Source: an uncultured Treponema sp.
Lineage (GTDB): Bacteria; Spirochaetota; Spirochaetia; Treponematales; Treponemataceae
Direction of reading: 5' to 3'
Assembly: GCA_937894335.1 (NCBI GenBank)
Contig: CALCRU010000055.1
Span: forward strand, 46,095 to 110,094
Length of the DNA: 64,000 nucleotides
Shown: piece by piece, positions 1-10,038 of the stretch
Position numbering within the stretch: the stretch's first letter is position 1
Layout of the letters: every line of letters starts with the position of its first letter
Notes under the pieces: model-generated
Told to the model about the DNA's origin: nothing
The model's database searches: none
The model's input: the letters and a program-made list of their open reading frames with translations, nothing else
Made by a program: the position numbers and the translations under genes

Positions 1-52
1 GCGCTTCACTCTGGCTTAAGGAAGTTGAGGAACTTAAAAAGGAAGAAGGCTT

Positions 53-907
53 ATGCTAAGCTATCAGCACGAGTTTCATGCCGGTAATCATGCAGATGTC
101 TTAAAGCATACATGTCTTCTTTCCATTTTGAATTCCCTCTCGCAAAAAGAAAAACCCTTTACAGTAATAGACAGCCACGGAGGAGCAGGAACATATAGGC
201 TCGATGACGAACGACTATGCAAGACAGGGGAACACCTTACGGGAATTTACAGACTGTTAGAAAAAAGCAAAAACTTATCGATTCCCCCAGCAGTAGAAAG
301 ATACATTCAGTTTGAAAAGCCCTATGTAGAAAGGGGATTTTATGCAGGAAGCCCTACCCTTACCCGTCACTTTCTTCGCTCAGGCGACAGTCACTTTGTA
401 GTGGAACTTCATCCTCAAGCTTTTGATTCTCTTACATGCGCCTGTCAGGAACCCCTGCTCCTTGCAGAAAAATCAGAAAGGGCAAAGGCCAAAACCCACA
501 TACACAAAGAAGACAGCTACAGGGAACTTCTTGCCCTTACGCCGCCACTAGTTAAGAGGGGACTTATTTTGGTTGACCCCAGTTACGAAGATGCCAGTGA
601 CTATGAACAAGTTTCAAAAACTCTGGATGCTGTACACAAAAAATGGAACACTGCAATAATTGCCGTATGGTATCCTCTTTTGCAAAGAAGAAAAAACGAA
701 ACTGCGCAAATGCTTCACTCTATAGAGACAACGGCAAAGACAGGAACTCAGCCTGTTGACTGTATGCGTACAGAGCTTGCAGTAAAGCAGGCCCAGACAA
801 CACTTTACGGTAGCGGAATGTTTGTAATAAATCCCCCGTGGAAATACGAAGAAGAAATTAATGCAGCCCTTGACTTTTTAAAGCCTGCACTTAGTCAGGA
901 AAACTAA
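53..907 (+). CDS. rlmJ: 23S rRNA (adenine(2030)-N6)-methyltransferase
   Basis: N-terminal MLSYQHEFHAGNHADVLKH signature, DSHGGAG SAM-binding motif, LVDPSYE catalytic motif, IWYP-like motif. Confidence 0.93.
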   Translation: MLSYQHEFHAGNHADVLKHTCLLSILNSLSQKEKPFTVIDSHGGAGTYRLDDERLCKTGEHLTGIYRLLEKSKNLSIPPAVERYIQFEKPYVERGFYAGSPTLTRHFLRSGDSHFVVELHPQAFDSLTCACQEPLLLAEKSERAKAKTHIHKEDSYRELLALTPPLVKRGLILVDPSYEDASDYEQVSKTLDAVHKKWNTAIIAVWYPLLQRRKNETAQMLHSIETTAKTGTQPVDCMRTELAVKQAQTTLYGSGMFVINPPWKYEEEINAALDFLKPALSQEN

Positions 908-909
908 TT

Positions 910-1401
910 TTAAAACCACCACCTTACGCCCACAGAAACAGGAAGGCAAAAGCAGAAGTCTTTAGAAAAGCTTGGTTCTGCAACGGCCTGTACAAAAACG
1001 CCCAATCTGCTTTCAGGAAAAAACTCAAGCCCCAGAACGGCCCTTACCGAAAAGGCAAAGGAAAAGTCTCCTGTAAAAAGCACATAGGCTCCCGTTCCCG
1101 CTCCAGCATACCAGTGAAAGGCAGAATCGCCAATCCGTGGGTAGAGAAACCAAAAGTCTGCGGTAAGCCCAACCTTTTTTATTTTCTGGGGAGTAAAGGA
1201 AAGTTCTCCAGACAGAGAAAGGTGATAGGCGTTTATGTCAAGAATATAATTCAGTCCTGCGTCAGCACTCAGATTTTCTTCCGAAGAAAAAGAAAAAGTC
1301 GCTCCACCGTAAGCACCTGCTGCATTTTGGGAAAAGGCAGGCAGTTGCGGCAGAAAAATAAGGAATGCAAAAATCATCAGGGCCTTTATTTTAGTTTTCA
1401 T
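910..1401 (-). CDS. Putative small outer-membrane beta-barrel protein
   Basis: Signal peptide, alternating hydrophobic strands, C-terminal aromatic VGVRWWF; start overlaps the clpB stop. Confidence 0.6.
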   Translation of the reverse strand: MKTKIKALMIFAFLIFLPQLPAFSQNAAGAYGGATFSFSSEENLSADAGLNYILDINAYHLSLSGELSFTPQKIKKVGLTADFWFLYPRIGDSAFHWYAGAGTGAYVLFTGDFSFAFSVRAVLGLEFFPESRLGVFVQAVAEPSFSKDFCFCLPVSVGVRWWF

Positions 1402-3992
1402 GAAAAACGCAATGCACCCTCTGCTGCAGAAACTTTTATTTCTGCATTTTCGCCAAACCTTCCTGCAAGAACTTCCTTTGCAAGAGGATTTTCCACATAA
1501 GTTTGAATGGCTCTCTTAACAGGACGGGCACCAAATGAAGGCTCGTACCCCTGTTCGGAAAGAAAGTCCAGTGCAGAATCGTCAAAGGTAAGCGTTATGC
1601 GGCGGTCCTTAAGGCGAGATGCAACCCGTTCAAGCTGAAGGGAAACAATGTGTCTTATGTTAGACTTGTCCAGTTTGTTGAACATGACAATTTCGTCAAT
1701 TCGGTTAAGAAATTCTGGGCGGAATGTCTGCTTTAACAAGGCGGAAATCTTTTCCTTAACACCAGCCTCTTCCTTTTCAGACTGAGCTTCAAGAATTAGA
1801 TCTGAACCAAGGTTGCTTGTCATGATGATGATAGTGTTTTTAAAGTCAACTACCCGTCCCTGTCCGTCAGTAAGGCGACCGTCATCAAGAACCTGCAGAA
1901 GAAGGTTAAACACATCAGGGTGAGCCTTTTCTATTTCATCAAACAGAACTACGCTGTAGGGTCTGCGGCGAACTGCTTCTGTAAGCTGTCCTCCCTCATC
2001 ATAGCCCACATATCCTGGAGGAGCACCGATAAGCCTGGTAACGGAAAACTTTTCCATGTATTCGCTCATGTCAAGACGAGTCATGGATTTTTCATCATTA
2101 AAGAGGAAGTCGGCAAGAGTTTTTGCAAGTTCGGTTTTTCCTACGCCTGTAGGACCAATAAAGAGAAAGCTTCCCAAAGGTTTGTTAGGGTCGTTAAGTC
2201 CGGCCCTGTTGCGCCTTATGGCATCAGAAACTGCAAGCACTGCGGCATCCTGTCCTATCACCCTTTTATGCAGAACATCCTCAAGTTGAAGATACTTCTG
2301 CTTTTCGCTGGTAAGCATTTTTGAAACGGGAATGCCTGTCCATGCGCTTACCACACGGGCAATGTCTTCTTCGGTAACTTCCTTTCGCAAAAGACTTTTC
2401 CTGTCCTGGGAAAGTTGGAGATCTTTTGAACCCGGCTCATTCTGAGAGGCTTCTTTAATTTTGTTTTCCAGTGCTGGAATTATTGAATACTTTAATTCGG
2501 CCGCCTTTTCAAGATTTCCCTCGCGAGTAAATTTTTCCTCGTCAAAGCGTGCCTTTTCAAGGTCTTCTTTTATTTTTCTGCTACCCTCTATAAAGGTCTT
2601 TTCGTTTTGCCACTGGAGGCGCATTGCATCCCGCTTGCTCGTAAGTTCCGCAAGTTCCTTTTCTAGTTTTGCAAGTCGCTCTCGGCTTGCCTCATCGTCT
2701 TCCTTCGAAAGGGACTGTTTTTCTATGGCCATCTGCAAGATTTTGCGTTCAATCTGATCCAGTTCCACAGGCTGACTTTCTATTTCCATCTTAAGGCGAC
2801 TGGCAGCCTCGTCCACCAAATCAATTGCCTTGTCTGGAAGAAAGCGAGTAGTTATATACCTATTGGAAAGAGTAGCGGCTTCTACAAGGGCTTCGTCATT
2901 TATTTTTACACCGTGATGAATTTCGTACTTGTCCCTAAGTCCGCGAAGAATTGCAATAGTATCCTCAACGGAAGGTTCCGCACAGTAAACCTGCTGAAAT
3001 CGTCTTTCAAGGGCTGCGTCTTTTTCTATGTACTTGCGGTATTCGTTTAAGGTTGTGGCACCAATTACGCGCAAGTCTCCTCGGGCAAGGGCAGGCTTTA
3101 AAAGGTTGGAGGCGTCCATGCTACCTTCTGAAGCACCTGCACCCACAATAGTATGAAGTTCGTCAATAAAAAGGATTATCTGTCCGTCAGACTTTGAAAC
3201 TTCTGTAATTACTCCCTTAAGGCGCTCTTCAAATTCTCCGCGGAATTTTGTTCCTGCAACAAGCTGTCCCAAATCCAAAGAAAGTAACCTCTTATTCTTT
3301 AAACTTTCTGGAACATCTCCACTGGCAATGCGACGAGCAAGACCTTCTACAATGGCGGTTTTTCCTACACCAGGTTCTCCAATAAGAACAGGATTATTTT
3401 TTGTTCTCCTGCTGATAACCTGCATTACACGGCGGATTTCTTCATCCCTTCCTATGACAGGATCTATTTTGTCCTGCCTTGCCCGAGCAGTCAAATCTGT
3501 GCAGTACTTTTCTAGAGAACGCATTTTGCTTTCTGGGTCCTGACTGTCTACCGTCTGATTTCCCCGTACGGCCTTAAGGGCTTCAAGGGTAGCCTTATGG
3601 GTACAGCCATGCTTTCTTAACATGTCGCCCACCCTGCCATCACTTTCTGTCATTGCAAGAAAAATATGTTCGGTTGAAAGATACAGGTCTTTAAGAGAAG
3701 CCATTTCGGATTCAGCCTTTGCCAAAACCTTTTGAGTTTCGCTAGAGAGGACCATCTGAACATTGCCGCGCACTACAGGATAAGAAGAAAGAAAATCTTC
3801 CGCCTCACGCTTTAAAACTTCAGGCTGAACGCCAATGCGCTCCACCAAAGGAGGAACAGTTCCGTCGGACTGCTCAAGAAGAGCCACAAGAATATGCTCA
3901 AGACCAATTTCGCCATGATCCTTTCGCTGTGCAAGAGACGAAGCAGTCTGCAAGGCGTCCTGCATTTTTAAAGTCATCTGATTGTAATCCAT
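1398..3992 (-). CDS. clpB: ATP-dependent chaperone ClpB
   Basis: Two Walker A motifs ([16 protein letters not shown]), middle coiled coil, [12 protein letters not shown], 864 aa, GGAGG RBS. Confidence 0.97.
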   Translation of the reverse strand: MDYNQMTLKMQDALQTASSLAQRKDHGEIGLEHILVALLEQSDGTVPPLVERIGVQPEVLKREAEDFLSSYPVVRGNVQMVLSSETQKVLAKAESEMASLKDLYLSTEHIFLAMTESDGRVGDMLRKHGCTHKATLEALKAVRGNQTVDSQDPESKMRSLEKYCTDLTARARQDKIDPVIGRDEEIRRVMQVISRRTKNNPVLIGEPGVGKTAIVEGLARRIASGDVPESLKNKRLLSLDLGQLVAGTKFRGEFEERLKGVITEVSKSDGQIILFIDELHTIVGAGASEGSMDASNLLKPALARGDLRVIGATTLNEYRKYIEKDAALERRFQQVYCAEPSVEDTIAILRGLRDKYEIHHGVKINDEALVEAATLSNRYITTRFLPDKAIDLVDEAASRLKMEIESQPVELDQIERKILQMAIEKQSLSKEDDEASRERLAKLEKELAELTSKRDAMRLQWQNEKTFIEGSRKIKEDLEKARFDEEKFTREGNLEKAAELKYSIIPALENKIKEASQNEPGSKDLQLSQDRKSLLRKEVTEEDIARVVSAWTGIPVSKMLTSEKQKYLQLEDVLHKRVIGQDAAVLAVSDAIRRNRAGLNDPNKPLGSFLFIGPTGVGKTELAKTLADFLFNDEKSMTRLDMSEYMEKFSVTRLIGAPPGYVGYDEGGQLTEAVRRRPYSVVLFDEIEKAHPDVFNLLLQVLDDGRLTDGQGRVVDFKNTIIIMTSNLGSDLILEAQSEKEEAGVKEKISALLKQTFRPEFLNRIDEIVMFNKLDKSNIRHIVSLQLERVASRLKDRRITLTFDDSALDFLSEQGYEPSFGARPVKRAIQTYVENPLAKEVLAGRFGENAEIKVSAAEGALRFS

Positions 3993-4074
3993 TGCAAACC
4001 TCCGCTTTTAAAATAAGCAGAAAAGTTCAAAAAGGCAAGAAAAAAGAAGTGAATTGTAGTCCCACCTTCAGCCT

Positions 4075-4253
4075 AAGAGCGACACGGAGGTCGCGTTAGA
4101 TTCTAAGCATCAGGTAAAACGAGTTCAAAATTACATGGATATTTCGTAACCAAAGAGCGACACGGAGGTCGCGTTAGAATCTAAGCACCGGGTAAGGCAA
4201 GTTTGCTTCGCAAACTTGCGAGTTCAAAATTACATGGATGTAATTTTGAACTC
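4075..4253. repeat. Tandem imperfect direct repeat (78-bp offset) built of palindromic hairpins, REP/BIME-like
   Basis: AAGAGCGACACGGAGGTCGCGTTAGA at 4075 and 4153; GAGTTCAAAATTACATGGAT at 4121 and 4220; perfect 16-bp inverted repeat 4220-4253; hairpin GCAAGTTTGC-TTC-GCAAACTTGC 4197-4219. Confidence 0.85.
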
Positions 4254-5421
4254 ATGGTAATTCTATATTGCCAAACTCACAGACAGCATTCACCACGGTG
4301 GCGTGTTCAATCAGTTCAAGGTTTTTCCTTATCTGCTTGTAGAGCCTTATTTCGCCAGTGCCGTTTCCTCCGCCTAAAATCTTAAGAACCTTTCTTTCGC
4401 CAGAGGGACTTTCGTAATCGCGAACAAACATTGCCTGAGTGTTGCAGAATATGTCTATATCAAGAACTGATTTTTTGTTGTGAACGCTTACACTCCAGTG
4501 AACCTTTACTCCGTCTTCATCTTCTGGCATTTCGGTGCATTCGTAAGTTACGGTATAGCGGCTAGATTTTTCCGCACGAAATTCAACATCATTTCCGCCT
4601 ATAAGGGCAAGAATTGAAAGAGAGTTTTCATACACACCGTTTACAGTAAAGCCAGATTTTTCCAGTCTGTGGCCAGTTATAATACTGGTAAGGTTTGAAG
4701 CATGCAGATGAAAATGGGGATAGGGAAAGTCTTTACCCCAAGACTTATCCATGTAGCCGTAAGATTTTTCGGGTCTTACTACAAAAGACTCTCCGTCAAG
4801 AGTTACCATTCCAGAAAAGACAGTGCAGGCTCCCAGTGGAGACCAGTTTACAGTCTTGCTCTTATAGTCAGGAGCAAAGGCAACTTGCCGTTCAAACTGA
4901 AGGTTCCATGTTATTGAACCAGCGTTGCAAAGCATCTCGGGATATTCGTTCAAGTCGGCGTAAGAAACCCTTATGTTTCCCACAGAAGACTTTTCGTTAA
5001 GTATGCAGGATTTTTCTCCAGATCCCATGCTGATTATAAATCCAGACTTGCCAGTAAACATCTGCTCAGTAGGATAATAGGCGCTCATCTGCTTACCGTT
5101 TTCGCAAAGGCATCCGGCTTTAACCATGGCGTAAGAAGGCTGAACTAACTGCTCCTGATTTGCGCTCATTGCGGCTTCAGTTCCAGCAAGAGCATGCTGA
5201 AGATCGGCCTCTGAAGAAGGAAGTCTGTTTTTAAAACCCAGAACACATTCTTTGGGTGAAAGCAGAGGATTAATTACATAGAACTCTATAAAAAAAGCAC
5301 GCTCTTCACCGGTTTCTTCGCTTATACCGTTAAACATAAGGCGCCAGCTGTCGAATCCGTTTTTTCTAAGAGCACCCTTGAGCATGTACCGCTCGCTGCC
5401 ACTGTTTTTCTTAGCCAACAT
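4252..5421 (-). CDS. Tocopherol cyclase-like protein
   Basis: GYMDKSWGKDFP resembles the GYxEKNWGxSFP motif of the family; long clean ORF in operon. Confidence 0.55.
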   Translation of the reverse strand: MLAKKNSGSERYMLKGALRKNGFDSWRLMFNGISEETGEERAFFIEFYVINPLLSPKECVLGFKNRLPSSEADLQHALAGTEAAMSANQEQLVQPSYAMVKAGCLCENGKQMSAYYPTEQMFTGKSGFIISMGSGEKSCILNEKSSVGNIRVSYADLNEYPEMLCNAGSITWNLQFERQVAFAPDYKSKTVNWSPLGACTVFSGMVTLDGESFVVRPEKSYGYMDKSWGKDFPYPHFHLHASNLTSIITGHRLEKSGFTVNGVYENSLSILALIGGNDVEFRAEKSSRYTVTYECTEMPEDEDGVKVHWSVSVHNKKSVLDIDIFCNTQAMFVRDYESPSGERKVLKILGGGNGTGEIRLYKQIRKNLELIEHATVVNAVCEFGNIELP

Positions 5422-5433
5422 AACTCACACTAT

Positions 5434-5655
5434 TTACTTGAATATTTTTTGCAAAGACTTGGCAAAGTCCTTCTGGTCTGTAGGAAAGTATTCATCTAAA
5501 AATTCAAAACAATTCTGGGCATTTCGTTGGGCATGCTCATACCAGATTTCATACAGTCCGGCTTCAAATCCTTCTCCGGGATAGGGAGCACCCTGCACAT
5601 CAGAAACAAGGCCGCGCATCATGTCGGCAAATTCCTGCATTTTCTTCTTATCCAT
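5434..5655 (-). CDS. Small hypothetical protein
   Basis: 73-aa ORF with GAGG RBS, tightly spaced between co-directional genes. Confidence 0.7.
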   Translation of the reverse strand: MDKKKMQEFADMMRGLVSDVQGAPYPGEGFEAGLYEIWYEHAQRNAQNCFEFLDEYFPTDQKDFAKSLQKIFK

Positions 5656-5688
5656 AAAACGCCTCTCAGAAAATTTCTGTCGCTTCCA

Positions 5689-8600
5689 TTATACAGGTAA
5701 TTTGTAAATTATACCAGTAGTTTTTTCGTTTTTTGCCGCAATTACGGGCTCTCCGCACAAAACCACAGCACAAGCCTTTTTAACTGATTTTTCGTACCTA
5801 AGGGCCGCAGAGTGAATGTCACAAGCCTTCATGTTAATAAGCCATTCAAGACGCCTCTTTTTTTGAGCATTTGTAAGTCCGTAAAGCTTCCATAAAAAAC
5901 CTGTTGCACCTGTACCAGACGGCACTCTTGGCTCAATTTCTACGGAATAGCAGCCTATAACAGCCTTTTCAACCTCGTCAGCGTCAAATTTCTTTCTAGC
6001 CAAAGCAGGAATAATTTCCCTAAAGGATTCAAGGGAACGGAAAGGATCAGGATCTCGGTAAGTTGCAAACCTGCTTACCCCAGAATCACTGTCTGGAGAA
6101 AGCATTACCCCGTAAGCGCCTCCGTTAGTCCTTATGGCCTGCCAGAATTCCTGAGTTTCTGCTCCGTGGCAGAACACTTCGTCTGCAATGCAGTGTTTTG
6201 TGTCAAAGCCTGCACTGTCAAAGGCAGTTCCCAAAAATCCCACAGTACCCGGAATAATGAAAGTTTCTCTAACAAAGGAATTTTCTCCGCCCGATTTTTT
6301 TGAAATGCGGTAGCGCGAAGGAATTTTTGTAAGAGCATAAAAGTCTTCGTCAGGATAAGAAAGTTTTTTTACGGGAGGAGTAAGGGAAACTTTTTCTATA
6401 AAGCCGGGAAGACATTTTTTTACAAGGGCCACCCCAGATTTATCCGCCGTAATGTGAATAACCGCTCCACCCTTTTTAATAGTCTTGAACATAGAGTTAA
6501 GTTTTGCAGAAGTCTTTTTTACAGGAAGATCTGCAATCATTTTTTCGTTATAGAGGGAAGTTAGGCCTTCAAGAATTTCAGTAATTGCTGCGTTACGGTT
6601 TTTTGTGCACTGAGCCCTCATAACTGCATAGACATGTCCACTGGGAAGCACAGAAGACATTCCGTTGTTGTGGTTTTCAGTTATTACATCTTCCAGTCTT
6701 TCCACATCAGAAAAATCTGTTTTAGAAATACAGTCCGAAAGCACATCAAAAGCCAGAGATGTTTTCTGTTCCAAAACCTTAAAATGAAAGACCAACCAGT
6801 TACGGTCAAACCACACACAGTCAGAGTCTGGAGAAGAAAGAGATTTTTCGGGAGCATGGGCATGCCTTATGTAAGCACCAAAACCGCCCGTTACCGAATG
6901 GATTCGTGCAAGAGCCTCGTTCCAAGGACAACCCTTCCAGCCCACATCCACAAGACTGTTTGCAAGAGTCGAAAGGTAGACAAAATCTTTTGGAGAAAGA
7001 ACATCAAGGGGGAATGCCACATCTGCATAAACAATTCCGTTTGTTTCAAGTTCGTTTACAAAAAGAGGGAGTCCGCTTACAGAAGAAACTTTTGTATATA
7101 TCTTTTCAAAGTCAGAAGAAAGTTCCTTAACAGAAATGTGGGGCATGCATTTTTCAAATTCAGAATCCACATTGGAAGACTGAAAGCGGTGCATGCGCAA
7201 AAGGTTCGCTTCTATTTTCTTTTTTGAAGATTCCTCCGAAAGTTTTTTTGCAAGGGCTTTTTCTTTCTGAGACCTTTTCTTTGTCCACGAAAGTGAAGGA
7301 GTTATTACAATAAGAGAACACTCCTCGTTTTCAAGAAGCATTTCTTTTATTAGATTGGGAATATAGGACGGATTTTCTTCTATGTTTTTAAGGATAAAGT
7401 CTATTGCCTTTTTGTTAAGAAGGGTTTCCCAAGGTTTGGCTCCGTACAGCCAGCCGCGCAAAGCCCTACGAAGATAAACAAGCGAGTAAGGACCGTTGTA
7501 CCTTCTAATTTCCTGAGTCGTAAATGAAAAGCTCATGGAAGTTCTGTCCACATCGTCTTTTGAAATTCCCCTGCGGCAAAGTTCCTTAAGGGCATTCATT
7601 ACAACTCGTTTTATTTTTTCCGCATTTTTTGCAGAGGAACCCCTAAGTCCAACGCACATACTCTTAAGGGGAATGTGAATGTCTTCGCTAGTCTGAGGAG
7701 CAAGGTCTTCTCCCAATCCGCTGTCAAGAAGAGCCTTTGCAACAGGAGCACAGTCATCACCCCAAAGCAGGTCTCCAAGAAAAAGAAGCTGCATTGGAAA
7801 AAGCAAGGGATCTTTTTTGTAGCCGTTAAGACGCCAAGCCAGAACCACAGTGTCTTTGTTTTTTTCTTCACTGTCATCGGTGTCAGCAGGACCGTAAGCA
7901 TGAACAAAGGGACGCACCTTCTGAGCCTTAAGGTTAAGGGGCAAGACGCATTTTTTTCCGGCAGAAGAAATTCTTTCAAGCACTGAGCGGTTGATGAATT
8001 CAAGCTGCTCTTGAGTAGGAATGTTTCCGTATAAAAAGACCAAGCAGTTTGCAGGACAATAGTATTTTTTGTGAAAGCTTTTAAACTGACTGTAAGTAAG
8101 GCTTGGAATTACCAGAGGGTCGCCCCCCGAATCATTTGCATAGGAAGTGCCTTCCGTCATTACAAAATCTATCGTGTCGTTGGCGGCTGTGTCAAACGAA
8201 GAATAGACACCCTTCATTTCGTTAAAGACTACACCCTGAATGCAGGGCTTGCCGTTTTCGTCGTATTCAAGGCGGTGTCCTTCCTGCATAAAGATTTCCT
8301 TTCTTAACAGAGGAAAAAACACAGCATCAGAATAAACTCCCATTAAGTTAAAGTAGTCGGCCTTTACCTGAGAACTTGCTGGAAACGCTGTATGGTCAGA
8401 AGCGGTATATGCGTTAAGGTAAGTCTTTATGCTTTGGTTTGCAAGACGAATAAAAGGGTCTTTAAGAGGATACTTTTCTGAACCGCACAGGACACTGTGT
8501 TCCAGAACATGAGCCACACCAGTGCTGTTTTTGCATGGAGTACGAAATGCAAAGGCAAAAAGATTTTCTGGATCGGCATTTAAAAGATGAAAAACCTCCA

Positions 8601-8703
8601 TGCCCATTGTTCTGTGTCTAAGGTAGATTCCCGTAGAAGCACAGTCGGGAACAGGCACCACATCTAAAACTTCAAATCCGCAGACAAGATCGCCTTTTTT
8701 CAT
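5689..8703 (-). CDS. M16C (insulinase / presequence protease-like) zinc metallopeptidase
   Basis: Inverted zinc motif HVLEH, GSEKYPLKDPF, LNAYT, GVVFNEMKG, GGAYG. Confidence 0.92.
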   Translation of the reverse strand: MKKGDLVCGFEVLDVVPVPDCASTGIYLRHRTMGMEVFHLLNADPENLFAFAFRTPCKNSTGVAHVLEHSVLCGSEKYPLKDPFIRLANQSIKTYLNAYTASDHTAFPASSQVKADYFNLMGVYSDAVFFPLLRKEIFMQEGHRLEYDENGKPCIQGVVFNEMKGVYSSFDTAANDTIDFVMTEGTSYANDSGGDPLVIPSLTYSQFKSFHKKYYCPANCLVFLYGNIPTQEQLEFINRSVLERISSAGKKCVLPLNLKAQKVRPFVHAYGPADTDDSEEKNKDTVVLAWRLNGYKKDPLLFPMQLLFLGDLLWGDDCAPVAKALLDSGLGEDLAPQTSEDIHIPLKSMCVGLRGSSAKNAEKIKRVVMNALKELCRRGISKDDVDRTSMSFSFTTQEIRRYNGPYSLVYLRRALRGWLYGAKPWETLLNKKAIDFILKNIEENPSYIPNLIKEMLLENEECSLIVITPSLSWTKKRSQKEKALAKKLSEESSKKKIEANLLRMHRFQSSNVDSEFEKCMPHISVKELSSDFEKIYTKVSSVSGLPLFVNELETNGIVYADVAFPLDVLSPKDFVYLSTLANSLVDVGWKGCPWNEALARIHSVTGGFGAYIRHAHAPEKSLSSPDSDCVWFDRNWLVFHFKVLEQKTSLAFDVLSDCISKTDFSDVERLEDVITENHNNGMSSVLPSGHVYAVMRAQCTKNRNAAITEILEGLTSLYNEKMIADLPVKKTSAKLNSMFKTIKKGGAVIHITADKSGVALVKKCLPGFIEKVSLTPPVKKLSYPDEDFYALTKIPSRYRISKKSGGENSFVRETFIIPGTVGFLGTAFDSAGFDTKHCIADEVFCHGAETQEFWQAIRTNGGAYGVMLSPDSDSGVSRFATYRDPDPFRSLESFREIIPALARKKFDADEVEKAVIGCYSVEIEPRVPSGTGATGFLWKLYGLTNAQKKRRLEWLINMKACDIHSAALRYEKSVKKACAVVLCGEPVIAAKNEKTTGIIYKLPV

Positions 8704-9983
8704 ACATACACCTCACCGTCGTCGCGGCTCTTAATGTAAAGTTCACCCTCTTCCCAGGCACGGCGAAGCTTTGCATAAAACCAAGAAGTAAGCCTTTCAC
8801 TGTCGCTCCTTCTTATGGGGAACTGAAGCTGCTCTTCTTCAAGAATGACATCTCCCCGTGTTTTGGAAACATTATGCAGAAGTTTTGTTCTAAACTCTTC
8901 GTTCTTGCCGTAAATCAGAATGGCAATATCTGAATCGCTCATATCGTGAAGAACCTTCTGCAGATAGCGGTCGTCACTTTCAAGAACATCTTCTTCGGTA
9001 AAGAGGCGTTCCCTTAGGTCAGCACCAAGTTCAGGATCTTGACTGCTAAGGTTTTTAATTATGCTCTGTTCCACAAGAGGATCCATGCGCTTAAGAATTT
9101 GTGCAAGCACACCCCTGCCGTCAAGGTTCTGGGAATTTTCAGTATTTTGGGTAAGCATTTTTTCGTGCAGGGACTTGTCTATATTGCTCATTATTTCGGG
9201 AGACACAGGCTTCATTTTTGCAAGACGCAGAACAATGGCTTTCTTTAGTTTGTCGTCCATTGCACTAATTACATCCGCAGCCTTTTTAGGTTCTATTTGA
9301 GAAAGCACAAGAGCCTGCACAGCCTCGCTTTCTCCGTCCAGAAGGATTCGGATTCTTTCGCTGTTTGCATCAGCCAAATATTCAAAGGGCTTTCCCTGAG
9401 AGTAAGGCACAGATTTTTCTATAAGCTGCTGAGCTTTTTCGCTTCCGTAGGCTTTGGTAAGAATACTTCGTGCAGTATCCAGTCCGCCGTCTTCTCTGGA
9501 CTTTTCAAGAAGAGCGTTAAATTCCGTAAGTACCTGTTCAGCCTCTTCCTTGCTTACACTTTTTATGGAAGCAATTTCAGGAATGATTTTTTCAGTCTGT
9601 TCCTCGGTAAGATGAGGCATTATTTTTGCAGCTTCGTCAATTCCTATTACCACAAGAAATTTAGCAACCCTGCGGTATATACTTTCGCCTTCTCCTGTCT
9701 TGGGAGCTTCTGGGACTTTAATAAGTGCGCCAGATTTAAGTGCATCTGCAGCATTTTTTACATCTTCGGGAGTGGCAGACTTTTTCTTTTCAAACCAAGT
9801 ACCTGTCTGGGCTGCCCTTTCCGCTTCCCGTAAAGTTTTTTCATCTTCCTTTTTGCTAGAAAGAATTTCTGCAACCTGAGAGTTAACTTTTTCAAAAATA
9901 GGTTTATGAACTAAGGGCTTTTTTTCTTCAACTTTGCCTGTATTTTTCATGTAGGCGTTAAGCCTGTAATCGTTGGAATCCAT
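8700..9983 (-). CDS. fliG: Flagellar motor switch protein FliG paralogue (spirochaete FliG1-like, N-terminally extended)
   Basis: GGLDTARSIL, PFEYL, QALVLSQI, GRGVLAQIL, RLFTEED and NVSKTRG segments mirror FliG N/M/C domains. Confidence 0.75.
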   Translation of the reverse strand: MDSNDYRLNAYMKNTGKVEEKKPLVHKPIFEKVNSQVAEILSSKKEDEKTLREAERAAQTGTWFEKKKSATPEDVKNAADALKSGALIKVPEAPKTGEGESIYRRVAKFLVVIGIDEAAKIMPHLTEEQTEKIIPEIASIKSVSKEEAEQVLTEFNALLEKSREDGGLDTARSILTKAYGSEKAQQLIEKSVPYSQGKPFEYLADANSERIRILLDGESEAVQALVLSQIEPKKAADVISAMDDKLKKAIVLRLAKMKPVSPEIMSNIDKSLHEKMLTQNTENSQNLDGRGVLAQILKRMDPLVEQSIIKNLSSQDPELGADLRERLFTEEDVLESDDRYLQKVLHDMSDSDIAILIYGKNEEFRTKLLHNVSKTRGDVILEEEQLQFPIRRSDSERLTSWFYAKLRRAWEEGELYIKSRDDGEVYV

Positions 9984-9989
9984 AGATAC

Positions 9990-10032
9990 ATTCTATAAGT
10001 AATAGACTTTAAAATCTAGCCCATGCTACAAT
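9990..10032. promoter_or_regulatory. Overlapping divergent sigma70-like promoters, both leaderless
   Basis: Minus strand: TAGATT-17-TAGAAT then 6 nt to ATG 9983. Plus strand: TAGACT-18-(TGn)TACAAT then 6 nt to ATG 10039. Confidence 0.65.
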
Positions 10033-10038
10033 GGTGAC

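Noticed and set aside
4075..4253. Possible CRISPR array
   Set aside because: Only two units, the intervening sequence is itself repeated, and there are no cas genes
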